A stretch of 64,000 bases of DNA from Candidatus Binatia bacterium. GTDB taxonomy: Bacteria > Desulfobacterota > Binatia > Bin18. Both the position numbers and the translations under genes were made by a program. Positions 9,693 to 19,270 of the stretch are shown here, piece after piece. Within the stretch, counting starts at the first letter, position 1, and the number at the start of each line of letters is the position of its first letter. The notes beneath the pieces were generated by a model. The model did not search any database. It worked only from the letters and a program-made list of their open reading frames with translations, and was not told the DNA's origin. The stretch spans positions 32,001 through 96,000 of the forward strand of contig CAXXHG010000015.1 of assembly GCA_963666315.2 (NCBI GenBank), written 5' to 3'.

Positions 9693-10772
9693 CTATTTCT
9701 TGGGCACGCTGCGGCGTGTCCCAACACATTGTGCCAGCGACTTCGAGAACGGCGCACGGGCAATACCTTTTTCCGTAATGATCGCGCTGACAAGCGTATG
9801 CGGGGTGACATCAAAGGCAGGATGGGCGACAGTAATCCCGTCCGGCGCAATCTTTTGGCGCAAGATGTGGGTGACTTCTGCGGCAGATCGTTCTTCGATC
9901 GGAATCTTTTTGCCAGAGGAACAGGCCAGATCGATCGACGTCGTTGGTGCAGCCACATAGAATGGGACTTTATGTCGCCTGGCCAGGACCGCCGACGTAT
10001 ACGTGCCGATCTTATTGGCCACATCACCGTTGGCCGCGGTACGATCCGTCCCCACGATTACACAATCAATCGCCCCTTTTTGCATGAAATAGCCGACCAT
10101 ATTATCGGTAATCAAGGTCGCCGGTATCCCTTCACGCACAAGTTCCCAGGCGGTTAAGCGCGCGCCCTGGAGATACGGCCGCGTCTCCGGGACGAAGACA
10201 GAAATATTCTTGCCCTGCTCCCATGCTGCTCGAATAATCCCGAGAGCCGTCCCATAGCCGGCCGTCGCAAGGGCGCCCGCATTACAGTGGGTCAGTACGC
10301 TTGCGCCTTGAGGGATGAGTTTTGCGCCGTGTCGGCCCATACGTCGATTAGCTGCCACATCTTCAGCACAAATTTTGAGCGCTTCTTGCTCTAAACGCGC
10401 CGTCAGCACCTCACCCCCTTGAGAGCAGATGCTCGCATAACATGTCCGCATGCGTTCAATCGCCCAAAAAAGATTGACTGCCGTCGGCCGGGTGGCGGCA
10501 AAGACCTGGCAGACACGTTCAAACTCTGTAGGATTTGCTATGCGCTTGAGCTGGCGCGCAGCGAGCGCAATCCCCATAGCCGCGGCAACCCCGATAGCCG
10601 GTGCACCCCGAATCACCATAGTGGTAATGGCCCGCGCCACCCCTCGGTAGTCTCGGTAGGTCCGATACACCTCCCGGGTGGGCAGTTTACGTTGGTCTAG
10701 CATAACCACCGCGCCATCCTGCCAGTCGATGGTAAAGAACGCCTCGCTGCTCATGCTGCTCATGCTGCTCAT
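9693..10772 (-). CDS. mtnA: S-methyl-5-thioribose-1-phosphate isomerase
   Basis: RGAPAIG, RPTAVNL, THCNAGALAT, ETRPYLQG and ANKIGT motifs; GAGGAG before ATG 10772. Confidence 0.97.
   Translation of the reverse strand: MSSMSSMSSEAFFTIDWQDGAVVMLDQRKLPTREVYRTYRDYRGVARAITTMVIRGAPAIGVAAAMGIALAARQLKRIANPTEFERVCQVFAATRPTAVNLFWAIERMRTCYASICSQGGEVLTARLEQEALKICAEDVAANRRMGRHGAKLIPQGASVLTHCNAGALATAGYGTALGIIRAAWEQGKNISVFVPETRPYLQGARLTAWELVREGIPATLITDNMVGYFMQKGAIDCVIVGTDRTAANGDVANKIGTYTSAVLARRHKVPFYVAAPTTSIDLACSSGKKIPIEERSAAEVTHILRQKIAPDGITVAHPAFDVTPHTLVSAIITEKGIARAPFSKSLAQCVGTRRSVPKK
10746..10772. repeat. (GCTGCTCAT)x3 tandem repeat encoding MSSMSSMSS
   Basis: Read directly from the sequence. Confidence 0.9.
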
Positions 10773-10805
10773 GCTCCTCTCATTCCTAGCGACCACACCG
10801 ATGCT

Positions 10806-11390
10806 TTAGGCTCCAGCCTCAGAGTCAACAAAACGCACTCCGTCTCCAGGCGTCCAGACAGCGACTATCTTTTCGTCACTAGACCTTATGAGGGTCACTT
10901 TTTCTAAACCGGACTCCGCATCAAAAAGCTCGAGTTCTTCGCTATTCTTCTGCCAGGTGGACACAATAAGTTCGATGACCGTAGTGCGCTGGTCTGGAGG
11001 GAGGTCGGCCCACTTTGCAGACACAGAAACCGAAACGATACGCCCGTGCTGACTGGCTTGCATACCGTAATAGATATCCGCCCAACGACTTTCCGCGAGC
11101 TGCGTATCCGTCCGATATACACACATCCAGAAGGCCGGACTGACATCGGGAGAGAGATCAGCCGGCGGCTGGGGTTCTTCCTGAGGAGCTTGCTCCTCAA
11201 ACTGCGACGGCTCAGACTTGTTTGTTTCTTCAGGCGAACGAAAATAAATAAAGAGGCCAATCAGGACCAGGACCAGCATCGACGGCGCCTTGCGCAGTCC
11301 CGCCCCAATACTCACCAGAAGTGTAAAGAAGAAATCTGTCAACGTAGCGATAACGCCTGCCGGAGGCGGAGATGAAGACGGTTTAGGCAT
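10806..11390 (-). CDS. Hypothetical membrane-anchored protein
   Basis: 194-aa ORF with N-terminal hydrophobic segments, 34 nt upstream of mtnA. Confidence 0.75.
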   Translation of the reverse strand: MPKPSSSPPPAGVIATLTDFFFTLLVSIGAGLRKAPSMLVLVLIGLFIYFRSPEETNKSEPSQFEEQAPQEEPQPPADLSPDVSPAFWMCVYRTDTQLAESRWADIYYGMQASQHGRIVSVSVSAKWADLPPDQRTTVIELIVSTWQKNSEELELFDAESGLEKVTLIRSSDEKIVAVWTPGDGVRFVDSEAGA

Positions 11391-11436
11391 GTGATGATAT
11401 GTAGCATAGGCCGCTGGAACAGCTGAAGCCCGTTCG

Positions 11437-11481
11437 GCTCATAGCCATCCCGCTCGTAGCCGTCCGGCTCATAGCCGTCCT
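11437..11481. repeat. Imperfect 15-bp tandem repeat x3
   Basis: GCTCATAGCCATCCC / GCTCGTAGCCGTCCG / GCTCATAGCCGTCCT. Confidence 0.85.
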
Positions 11482-11577
11482 TCGCATCCTCTGTTAAGAA
11501 ATCGCCTTGCCTGCCGATCGCTTTCATAAGTTTTCGGCCCGTGCCGACAGCCATACCTCTGGCAAGGAGGGCAAATC

Positions 11578-13404
11578 ATGGGTGAGCGCGCGTTTAGTAT
11601 CCCGTTCTTTCGTTCCAATCATGCCGATAGTGAAGCTCCACGGTCAGAAACAGGTCCTGCGGTCGATTGGGCAGACTGGCTCGCGCAACTCAAGGCTCTG
11701 CTCCCGGAGGCAGGAGAGTGGCGACAAGCAAACGCTTTTATCGATGCAGTCCAACGCATCGCTCGCCAGAAACATCATCAGATAGAGTATCAGCACAAAC
11801 TCCAGCAAGCCCTGAGCGAGGTCGCAACCCAGTGCGCCGAGAGTTTGCTCTTTTTTGGTATTGCGGCCATGAAAAAATGGGATAGTAAAGCCTGTCCCAT
11901 GAGTGATGCGCAACAGGCGATAGCCCAATGCGAAGCGCTGCGTTCTCTCCTGACACAGTATCAAGAAAAACGACAAATACCCCAGGCGAAAACGCTCACC
12001 AAAGACCTGCCACGCCGGAAAGCACTGCTCGAACTTGAAGGACAGATTACTCAGGTCTATGGACAGTTAAGCCAAATCTTTGACGCGGCCCCTACCTCCC
12101 AACCCTCAGCTGCGGATAAGGAAGACAAGCCGATCGACACCGCAGTCCCGTCTTCGGCAAAAGATCTCGCCTCGCCTCCCCTTTCTTCGTCCATAGCGCT
12201 TTCAGCGGCGCAGTCAGCAACCGCACCGGCTGAGCCCACGTCAATGCCTGTATACACGTCCAAGACATCCCCGGAGACACACCATGTCTTGGATGGGGCA
12301 ATACAAGAAGCTCCGCCTCTCCCGCGTCAGTCCGCTCTAACAGAAGAACGTAAAGAGACCTCTGCAGGGAAGACAGTCGGCAAAACTGTCCCAGTCCTGA
12401 CTGTCCCCGTCCTAAAAGGGCAGGACGATGACGACAGTTTACACCCGCCGCTCGACGGAGCAGCACGACAATATAATCCCCTAACGTACGCCCAAGAGCA
12501 CAGCCTGGCTGCCATACGCTCCGGGGTTGGTTTTGTGTTTGCTTCTGAAGCCTTGGGACTCTCACACATCATAGAAGCATATAAACGTGTTCTGCCCACC
12601 GATATGCCGAACGGGAAGAAGGTCCCCCGAACGGAGATCCCGGCTGAGGTTACAACTGCTGAGCAGCTGCAGCGCTGGTTCGGACAGTATTGTCAGGAAC
12701 ATAGCTCTGACGAACGCCTCATGACCTATCGGATTCTGGGCCAGTGCTCCAAAGAGCAGCTCCGAGATCAGGTCCAGACCGCGCTCGATCAAATCAAACA
12801 GACCAAAAAAATCAAAGTTCAACTCAGCGTGCTCTTCTTCTTCGATCGCCGAGCCACATGGACCTGGCTTTCCTTACCACCAGATGAACGGACCATGCTC
12901 GAGGGTCAGTTGAAAGCCCTGATTTTTCCTCGACGCTGGAACGCGGTCGGAATCCGTCACCGTCTTGCCATGCATGGCAATGCCCAGCATGGCAAACTCG
13001 ATACTGAGGAAACGTGTGAGGCCATCCTTCGAGCAACCGGGGGCTGGCCCTATCTCCTCGACGTGCTCTTTTATCGGTGCGGTACCCAGCAAGACCCAGG
13101 TCCAACGGCAGAGACCATAGAAAAGGAATTCCAGGAAAAGAATACGAAATTAGGCCAACAGTTTCGACACTGTCTTGGTCTGGGGGGAAGCGACAGTGCC
13201 CAACGCGTGCTCGAATTTATTCGGGATCAACAGCCTGTGGCCCTCAAGCACGTGACGCCAAAAGCACTTGGCGGCGAACCTCTCTTAAGTTCGTCCGAGT
13301 GCTGGACCGCGATCGAATATCTGCAGCGCACCGGCTGTGTCGATCTACACAAAGGCGAATTCTACGCCGAACCGATTGCGGGGGAGATCTTATCTCGGAA
13401 CTAA
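11578..13404 (+). CDS. Hypothetical 608-aa protein (helical N-domain, low-complexity linker, STAND-like C-terminal helical region)
   Basis: AAGGAGG RBS, long ORF and an ILRATGGWPYLL motif. Confidence 0.8.
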   Translation: MGERAFSIPFFRSNHADSEAPRSETGPAVDWADWLAQLKALLPEAGEWRQANAFIDAVQRIARQKHHQIEYQHKLQQALSEVATQCAESLLFFGIAAMKKWDSKACPMSDAQQAIAQCEALRSLLTQYQEKRQIPQAKTLTKDLPRRKALLELEGQITQVYGQLSQIFDAAPTSQPSAADKEDKPIDTAVPSSAKDLASPPLSSSIALSAAQSATAPAEPTSMPVYTSKTSPETHHVLDGAIQEAPPLPRQSALTEERKETSAGKTVGKTVPVLTVPVLKGQDDDDSLHPPLDGAARQYNPLTYAQEHSLAAIRSGVGFVFASEALGLSHIIEAYKRVLPTDMPNGKKVPRTEIPAEVTTAEQLQRWFGQYCQEHSSDERLMTYRILGQCSKEQLRDQVQTALDQIKQTKKIKVQLSVLFFFDRRATWTWLSLPPDERTMLEGQLKALIFPRRWNAVGIRHRLAMHGNAQHGKLDTEETCEAILRATGGWPYLLDVLFYRCGTQQDPGPTAETIEKEFQEKNTKLGQQFRHCLGLGGSDSAQRVLEFIRDQQPVALKHVTPKALGGEPLLSSSECWTAIEYLQRTGCVDLHKGEFYAEPIAGEILSRN

Positions 13405-13575
13405 GTTGTTGCTCGATGTACCCCACCCTTAAGCTGAGCAGCCTCTTTCCCATTAATATAGAGCGGCCAGGCCCCCCCCCGAGGCCCTGCCCCTTTTCCA
13501 TTGACCTCTGCCAACCAACAGACTATTTTAGCAAGCAGGCTGCCGTCAGGCCGTCATATAGATAGGAGGAGCATT

Positions 13576-14112
13576 ATGCAGCGACTACACCCAGGTGATC
13601 ATTTCCCGAGCCTGACCGCGACGACCGTTGACGATGGGACGGTCAGCCTGCCGAACGATCTCTCAACCCCATACGGAATTCTCATTGTCTATCGGGCTCA
13701 CTGGTGACCGTTCTGCGATCAGCAGTTAGCTGAATATCAGGACAAGCTGGAGCAGGCCACGACACAGGGGATCAGTCTGTACGGACTGTCAACCGACCCG
13801 CTGGAGAAAGCCCAAGAGACCGTGCATAAATTAAGCCTCACGTTTCCGATGCTGTACGGGGTAGACGGACCGGCCACCGCCGACGCCCTCGGGTGCTGGT
13901 ATGAGGAAAAACGCAATATCATTCAACCTGCGGCATTTATCATCGACCCGCAGCGGCGCGTCATGAATATTACCTATAGCTCCGGTCCTATTGGGCGCCT
14001 GCGCGCGCAGGACGCTTTAGGCGTAATCGGCTTCTATTCAAAGAAAAATATTTCGAGTACCACAGCCAACCGCGAACGAGGCTGGACGGCGAACGTGACA
14101 GGCGATCAATAA
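13576..14112 (+). CDS. Peroxiredoxin-like (AhpC/TSA) selenoprotein with UxxC motif
   Basis: GGAGGA RBS; YRAHW-TGA(13705-13707)-PFC continues in frame into ORF 13822-14112; hairpin TCAGC-AGTTA-GCTGA just downstream of the TGA. Confidence 0.9.
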
Positions 14113-14179
14113 CCAAGACCATCCGAGACACGGAATGCGGCCTGCCCCAAGAGCCGCATTCCTCCGTCTGAAAAGCAGG

Positions 14180-15340
14180 CTATCCCCACAGACGTTGCGA
14201 CGCGATTTGGGCCCCTTCAGCACAGGCCTGCAGCTTGGCCCAGACCACACCCTCGGGAACCATCTCCCAGCCGGCAAAGGTACCAAATCCGCAGTCAGAG
14301 CCGGCAATCACCCGACTGCGCTCACCTACGACTTCGACCACTTGGCAAATACGGTCGGCGACGATTTCTGGGTGTTCAATGTAATTTGTCGTGGAGTCTA
14401 TGACGCCTGGAATCAAGAGCATGCTCTCCGGCAAGGGGTAGCGCCGCAAGGCTTTATACTCATGTTGGTGGCGCGGATTAGCCAGTTCTATTGCCAGCGC
14501 GCCAACCTGAGCCTGATACAGAATCGGCAGAATATCCACCAGCGGTACGTCGTGATTGTGCGGGCCGTCATAGTTGCCCCAGCAAATATGCAGTCGAATA
14601 CGATCAGCCGGGATATTTTCCGTTGCAATATTGATGGCCTCGATATGCGTTTCAATCGTTTTCTGAAATTCTGCGATGGAGAGGTCCTGGAACAGAAACG
14701 TGCGTTCCATGGCAAGATCCGGGGCATCGAGTTGCAGCAGCAAGCCCTGGGCGTGAATATACTCGTACTCTTTTTTCATTTGCTCAGCGATCGCCATAAC
14801 ATAGCGTTCGTGCGAGTCGTAATGGGCATTCAGCATCGTGGTCGCAATGATGCCCGGCGAGGCCGCTGTCATAAATCGCTCGATGAACGTATCAGACTGC
14901 TGATCCGTACAGCGTAGAAACAACGCGCACTCCTGCTGAACACCCGACAAATCTTCATACTCTACCGCGGCGATGGCCTGTGGCGCGTTGAACACCTTGG
15001 CTCGCATCATATTGCGGCGTTCGAGCATAGCCATAAAATCAGGAAATTCGGCCATATCTTGCGGAGTCGGCCGCTTGCTCTCCCCACCAAAACCACGCAT
15101 GCGTTGGGGGACATAGGTTTGAAAGCCTACCCGCGGCTGCTCTCCATCGTTGCCAACGTCGACTCCGGCTTCAAGCTGTTTACTGACAACATGCTGGACC
15201 GCAGATTCCGCCTGGCGTTCCAGTTCGGCTTCATCTATCACGCGTCCTTGCTCCTGCTCAATCAACAGATCCGTCAGCGTCGGATTTCTTGGCAGGCTCC
15301 CGACATGGGTAGTGAGAATCCGCTCAGTGCTGTGTTGCAT
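14180..15340 (-). CDS. Cobalamin-independent methionine synthase II / epoxyalkane-CoM transferase-like Zn enzyme
   Basis: TTHVGSLPR, DGEQ, HICWGNY and DCGFGT motifs. Confidence 0.92.
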   Translation of the reverse strand: MQHSTERILTTHVGSLPRNPTLTDLLIEQEQGRVIDEAELERQAESAVQHVVSKQLEAGVDVGNDGEQPRVGFQTYVPQRMRGFGGESKRPTPQDMAEFPDFMAMLERRNMMRAKVFNAPQAIAAVEYEDLSGVQQECALFLRCTDQQSDTFIERFMTAASPGIIATTMLNAHYDSHERYVMAIAEQMKKEYEYIHAQGLLLQLDAPDLAMERTFLFQDLSIAEFQKTIETHIEAINIATENIPADRIRLHICWGNYDGPHNHDVPLVDILPILYQAQVGALAIELANPRHQHEYKALRRYPLPESMLLIPGVIDSTTNYIEHPEIVADRICQVVEVVGERSRVIAGSDCGFGTFAGWEMVPEGVVWAKLQACAEGAQIASQRLWG

Positions 15341-15385
15341 CGGAGGTCCTCCTGTGTGTAGCGACGGTTCGCGAACGGTCAACCC

Positions 15386-16300
15386 TTAGGTACGTTGGTG
15401 ATACAGCGGATGGCCACGGAAGGAGGTTCTCACGCGACTGAAATGGTCGCCTTCCAAATTGGCGAAGAAGAGGTCCTGCATGTCCGGTCCACCAAAAGCG
15501 CAGTTGGTGGGAAACGAGAGTTTGGTGCCGTCCGGGTCGTCAATCAGCGTGGACCAGTTTCCGCTCGGATCGACCCGAATAATTGTATTCCTCGGCTCTA
15601 TCTTGCCATTCTCCGGCACGCCCGGCAACGTGATATAGAGATTGCGGTCCACATCAAAAGCCATTCCGTCGGGCAGTGCAGGAAACCCCTGGGCATAGAT
15701 TTCGGGCTTGCCAAACGTACCGTCTTTTTTGATCTGAATACGGACACAAGCGTTACGTGAGCTCTCCAAGACATAGACGGCGTCTTCGTTTGGATCGATG
15801 GCCGTTCCATTGGCGAAATAGATCCCAGTGGCGACAATATCAGTGCGACCATCCGGCCGTATGCGAACCACCGCACCATTGGGCTCTGGGTGGGTAAATT
15901 CTTCGAACACCTTGCGGCCCGGCTGGGAGCTGGAGTTGGACACATACAGGTTGCCCTCTGCATCGTAACTCGCGAAATTGGGAATCGAAATCGGAAAGTC
16001 TCCCACCCGGTCGGCGAGCATGGACACCTTCCCGTCTGGCGAGAGACGCATGACCGCTTTATGTCTCAGATCGCAGTAAACGAAATTGCCCTCTCGGTCC
16101 AGGGTCACTCCATTCGGGATGGCCCGGTCCGGCAATTGAGCAACTTCATGCACCACGCCGTCTGGACTCACTTTGTAAACGATGCCGTTTCGACCCCCGC
16201 CCCAGGCATTTCCTTCTGTATCGATGACAATACCTTCGGCCCTTGAAACCCCACGCCCGAAGATCTCGACTGTATCTGTTGTTATAGCTGGCATGTCCAT
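15386..16300 (-). CDS. SMP-30/gluconolactonase family protein
   Basis: AEG, PNG, ANG, PDG and PTNCAFGG beta-propeller motifs. Confidence 0.9.
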   Translation of the reverse strand: MDMPAITTDTVEIFGRGVSRAEGIVIDTEGNAWGGGRNGIVYKVSPDGVVHEVAQLPDRAIPNGVTLDREGNFVYCDLRHKAVMRLSPDGKVSMLADRVGDFPISIPNFASYDAEGNLYVSNSSSQPGRKVFEEFTHPEPNGAVVRIRPDGRTDIVATGIYFANGTAIDPNEDAVYVLESSRNACVRIQIKKDGTFGKPEIYAQGFPALPDGMAFDVDRNLYITLPGVPENGKIEPRNTIIRVDPSGNWSTLIDDPDGTKLSFPTNCAFGGPDMQDLFFANLEGDHFSRVRTSFRGHPLYHQRT

Positions 16301-16352
16301 CCCTCCGTGTTACGGTCTCCCTTTCTGTCTCATGAACGATGCTCAACGATCC

Positions 16353-17579
16353 TCAACGATTCTCGGCATGGAGCACACCTTTGTCTCGGAGTGCGGCAAT
16401 TTGCTCGTCTGTGTAACTCAGCTGCTCTCTCAGCACGTCGGCGCTGTGTTGGCCTAAAAGTGGAGCTTGGATATCCAGCAACTGTGGGAATTCAGAGTAT
16501 TTGAGCGGAAAGCCCGGAATCGTCACTTCGCCCAGCACGGGGTCGGGCACGGTTCGGACCATGTCGCGGGCTTTGAAATACGGATGTTGCAAGATATCGG
16601 TAATGGACATAACCGCGGCGGACGGTACACGCTGGTCTTCAAAGACCTGCAGGACGGCCGCATCGCTGGGCTGAGTCTGCATCCATTCTTCGATGAGAGC
16701 AATGAGTTCCTGCTGGTTTTTGGCCCGGTCCGCATTCGTTGCAAAACGAGGATCTGCGATCAGGTCGGGCTTATCCATGGCTTTGCACATATTGGCCCAT
16801 TGGCGGTCCAAGACGAGTATCACAATCCAGCCTTGCGGTCCCTTAAACACGCCGCACGGACAGACCAACGCATGATGAGAACCCATCCGTATTGGGACGA
16901 ACTCTCCATCACTCATAGCGTGTCCTTGCACGTTGAGCTCATGCATATGGAACATGGCGTCGACCATCGACAGATCAATATACTGCCCCACGCCAGTCTT
17001 CTCCCGGTGGTACAGGGCATAGCGCAGCGCAGCAAACGCATGCACGCCACTACTCACATCGGCGATGCCTAGTCCAACAAACTGGGGGGGGCCATCCGGG
17101 CTGCCGGTCATATGCATGATGCCGGAAAACGCCTGGGCGATAAAATCGTAGCCCACTTTATGTGAGAGCGGACCCGTGCGGCCAAAGGCGGATATCGAGG
17201 CCATAAGAATCTTGCGGTTTAATTTCTTGAGTGAGGCGTAGTCGAGGCCACGCTTTTCCATGACCCCTGGTCCGAAGTTTTCCACAACAATATCGACCGT
17301 GGGAATAAGGGCGTGCAAGATTTCAAGAGACTCGGGTTTATCAAAATCCAGGCACAAACTTCTTTTGCCACGATTTTGCTGGACAAAATATGCGCTGCGG
17401 TCATTCTTAATAAACGGCAACAAACGGGACGGGTCTCCCATCGGGGCTTGCTCGACTTTAATGATGTTGGCACCCATTTCGGCCATGAGTCGTGTGACTG
17501 TTGGACCGGCCAGATATTGAGTGAAGTCCAAAACCTTCACCCCTGACAAGATATGGGGATGTCCGTTCGTCCCTTGCAT
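16353..17579 (-). CDS. Family III CoA-transferase (CaiB/BaiF)
   Basis: LDFTQYLAGP, NRGKRS, VENFGPG, GYD and APLLGQH motifs. Confidence 0.95.
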   Translation of the reverse strand: MQGTNGHPHILSGVKVLDFTQYLAGPTVTRLMAEMGANIIKVEQAPMGDPSRLLPFIKNDRSAYFVQQNRGKRSLCLDFDKPESLEILHALIPTVDIVVENFGPGVMEKRGLDYASLKKLNRKILMASISAFGRTGPLSHKVGYDFIAQAFSGIMHMTGSPDGPPQFVGLGIADVSSGVHAFAALRYALYHREKTGVGQYIDLSMVDAMFHMHELNVQGHAMSDGEFVPIRMGSHHALVCPCGVFKGPQGWIVILVLDRQWANMCKAMDKPDLIADPRFATNADRAKNQQELIALIEEWMQTQPSDAAVLQVFEDQRVPSAAVMSITDILQHPYFKARDMVRTVPDPVLGEVTIPGFPLKYSEFPQLLDIQAPLLGQHSADVLREQLSYTDEQIAALRDKGVLHAENR

Positions 17580-17763
17580 AGTGCACCTCCACAAAGTCGT
17601 TACAATACGATGGGTGGTGTACCATGAGCCCCTGGAAAAAGCGAGGCTAAAGCGGAGCCTTTGTCGCTCCCATGGATATCCGGCAGCACTATTTTTTAGG
17701 CAGGAGAATAACCGTCGGGCCGTTCAGATTCGGCGGGAAACGCAGGCCTAAGGGCCGAAAGGG

Positions 17764-18804
17764 TTAGGACGCGCCCTTGGCTGAAGGGACTGGAGCGGCA
17801 TACTGCCAGGTCAAAGAGAAGAGCGTATCCCCTCCAGGCAGCGGCGTTAATTCAGACTCGGGAAGAATATCGGCAGGGACATCGGGATGCCGACTGCGCG
17901 CCTCACCAATGGCCTGCGGAATGAGATCCTGCGGCTGTGCCGTAGTGTCCCCATTGGGCGTATCAGTCAGCTCGGAAGCGCGCAGTTTTACCGTCACCGT
18001 CACCCTCATGGAACCCGAACTGCGGGATGGAGGTGGGGGCGTTGAACTCGCGCCTTCTTCTCCCTGACCTGGGTGTTCTGCGTGTTCTGCTTGCCCACTA
18101 GGAGCATCAACACTACCCGGCTCCATCTCCAGTGAGCTAACGTCCGACTCCGGCAGCGGCACTTCGTTCGTCCGAGAGACAGGCTCGTCCGGATAAGCAG
18201 GTTCGTTCAGAGCTTCTTCGGGCGTTTCCCGAACCGGATCTGCGGGCATCGTCTCTCGGTCCTGACTCTCTTGCCTGCCCCGGCCCCGGCCCCGCAGACC
18301 ACGCCGTCGCCCACCTCGCTCGTCCCGGGCGGCAGGCTCATCCTGAGCTACTTCAGGCGTTTCCCGAACCGGATCGGCCGGAACTTCCTCTCGGTCCTGA
18401 CTCTCCTGCTGGCCCCGGCCCCGTGTACCGCGCCGTCTCCCTCCTCGCCCGTCCTCATCAGATTGTCGCGCCTCCTCGCGTTTGGGCTGGAGCCGCTGTT
18501 TGCCCGGCACTATCCCGAGCACAAGAAACTGGCAGGCGTCAGTCGATATATAGTCCAGGGCATCTCCAGCAAAATCCATCGCCTTATCTTCAGTGTAGGC
18601 GTCTACGTCAAAGTCTGCGAACACCATATAGTGGAGCCGCCCACCCGATGAGGAAGGAGTACTCGACCCCTCGCTCAGCTCATGTTCATAGTAGCGGACA
18701 CGTTGGTGAGACAGCGAATCGAGAAGAGTAGCGACCGCCTCTTGGATCTCGTCTGGAGAAGAACCGCTGGCTTCAAATACTGCTAAGACGTGAAAATCAG
18801 GCAT
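17764..18804 (-). CDS. Hypothetical protein with RGG-rich/acidic internal tandem repeat
   Basis: 346-aa ORF with a 135-nt-period duplication (about 18196-18455) encoding RGGRRRG.RGRG..QESQDRE..PADPVRETPE. Confidence 0.8.
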   Translation of the reverse strand: MPDFHVLAVFEASGSSPDEIQEAVATLLDSLSHQRVRYYEHELSEGSSTPSSSGGRLHYMVFADFDVDAYTEDKAMDFAGDALDYISTDACQFLVLGIVPGKQRLQPKREEARQSDEDGRGGRRRGTRGRGQQESQDREEVPADPVRETPEVAQDEPAARDERGGRRRGLRGRGRGRQESQDRETMPADPVRETPEEALNEPAYPDEPVSRTNEVPLPESDVSSLEMEPGSVDAPSGQAEHAEHPGQGEEGASSTPPPPSRSSGSMRVTVTVKLRASELTDTPNGDTTAQPQDLIPQAIGEARSRHPDVPADILPESELTPLPGGDTLFSLTWQYAAPVPSAKGAS

Positions 18805-18898
18805 ATGTCACAGGTTTTTATATAGTGCGGTGGGCTTATCCGCAAGAGCCGAGAGGCGTTGGAAGAATCCGAGTGACGTAAAAAGAGAGAAATTCACC

Positions 18899-18927
18899 TG
18901 GACCTTTTCGTCATTTAGGCATAATAT
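18899..18927 (+). promoter_or_regulatory. Putative sigma70 promoter for the intergenic RNA
   Basis: TGGACC-N17-TAATAT with an A-rich upstream tract. Confidence 0.5.
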
Positions 18928-18933
18928 AAAAAA

Positions 18934-19252
18934 AGTTTTCGGTCGGGTGGACACAACCCTGAGCGTTTCGGCTCCTGTAATGTCACAGGACCGAGCGGAC
19001 CGAGCCTCGGGCCGCTAACGGCGATCGGTTCCTGGCTGAGCGGATTCTGGACCCGCGGTGGGTACGCCGAGAAAGGAGGTGATCTAGTGGCGATATCAAA
19101 TATGGTGATTTGTGAGGTGGTGGCCTCCTAGGCCGACGTACCCAAAATACAGGGTGGTCGCTTGGGAGGACCAGGCACCGCCGAAACCCCGACAGCCCGT
19201 GCTCATCATACACGGGACGTCCGCATAAGGACGTAGCACTGTCGGGGTTTTC
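18934..19252 (+). ncRNA. Unassigned structured RNA containing a 14-codon ORF (19087-19131)
   Basis: Multiple nested helices seen by eye, AAAGGAGGTGATC at 19072-19084, and a terminal stem with T-tail. Confidence 0.6.
19183..19252. terminator. Branched, probably bidirectional terminator
   Basis: GAAACCCCGACAG pairs with CTGTCGGGGTTTT and encloses two small hairpins; lies just past the holA stop. Confidence 0.7.
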
Positions 19253-19270
19253 ATTGTGTGCCGGTCCCTG

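Noticed and set aside
17725-17775. GGCCTAAGGGCCGAAAGGGTTAGGAC resembles the P3 arm of a c-di-GMP-I riboswitch
   Set aside because: No GGCAAA/GCAAA core, it overlaps the stop of a minus-strand gene, and no plus-strand gene lies downstream.
19072-19090. Possible 16S rRNA 3' fragment on the minus strand (GATCACCTCCTTT)
   Set aside because: The match is only about 13 nt and the flanks lack 16S helix 45 sequence; treated as an SD-like element instead.
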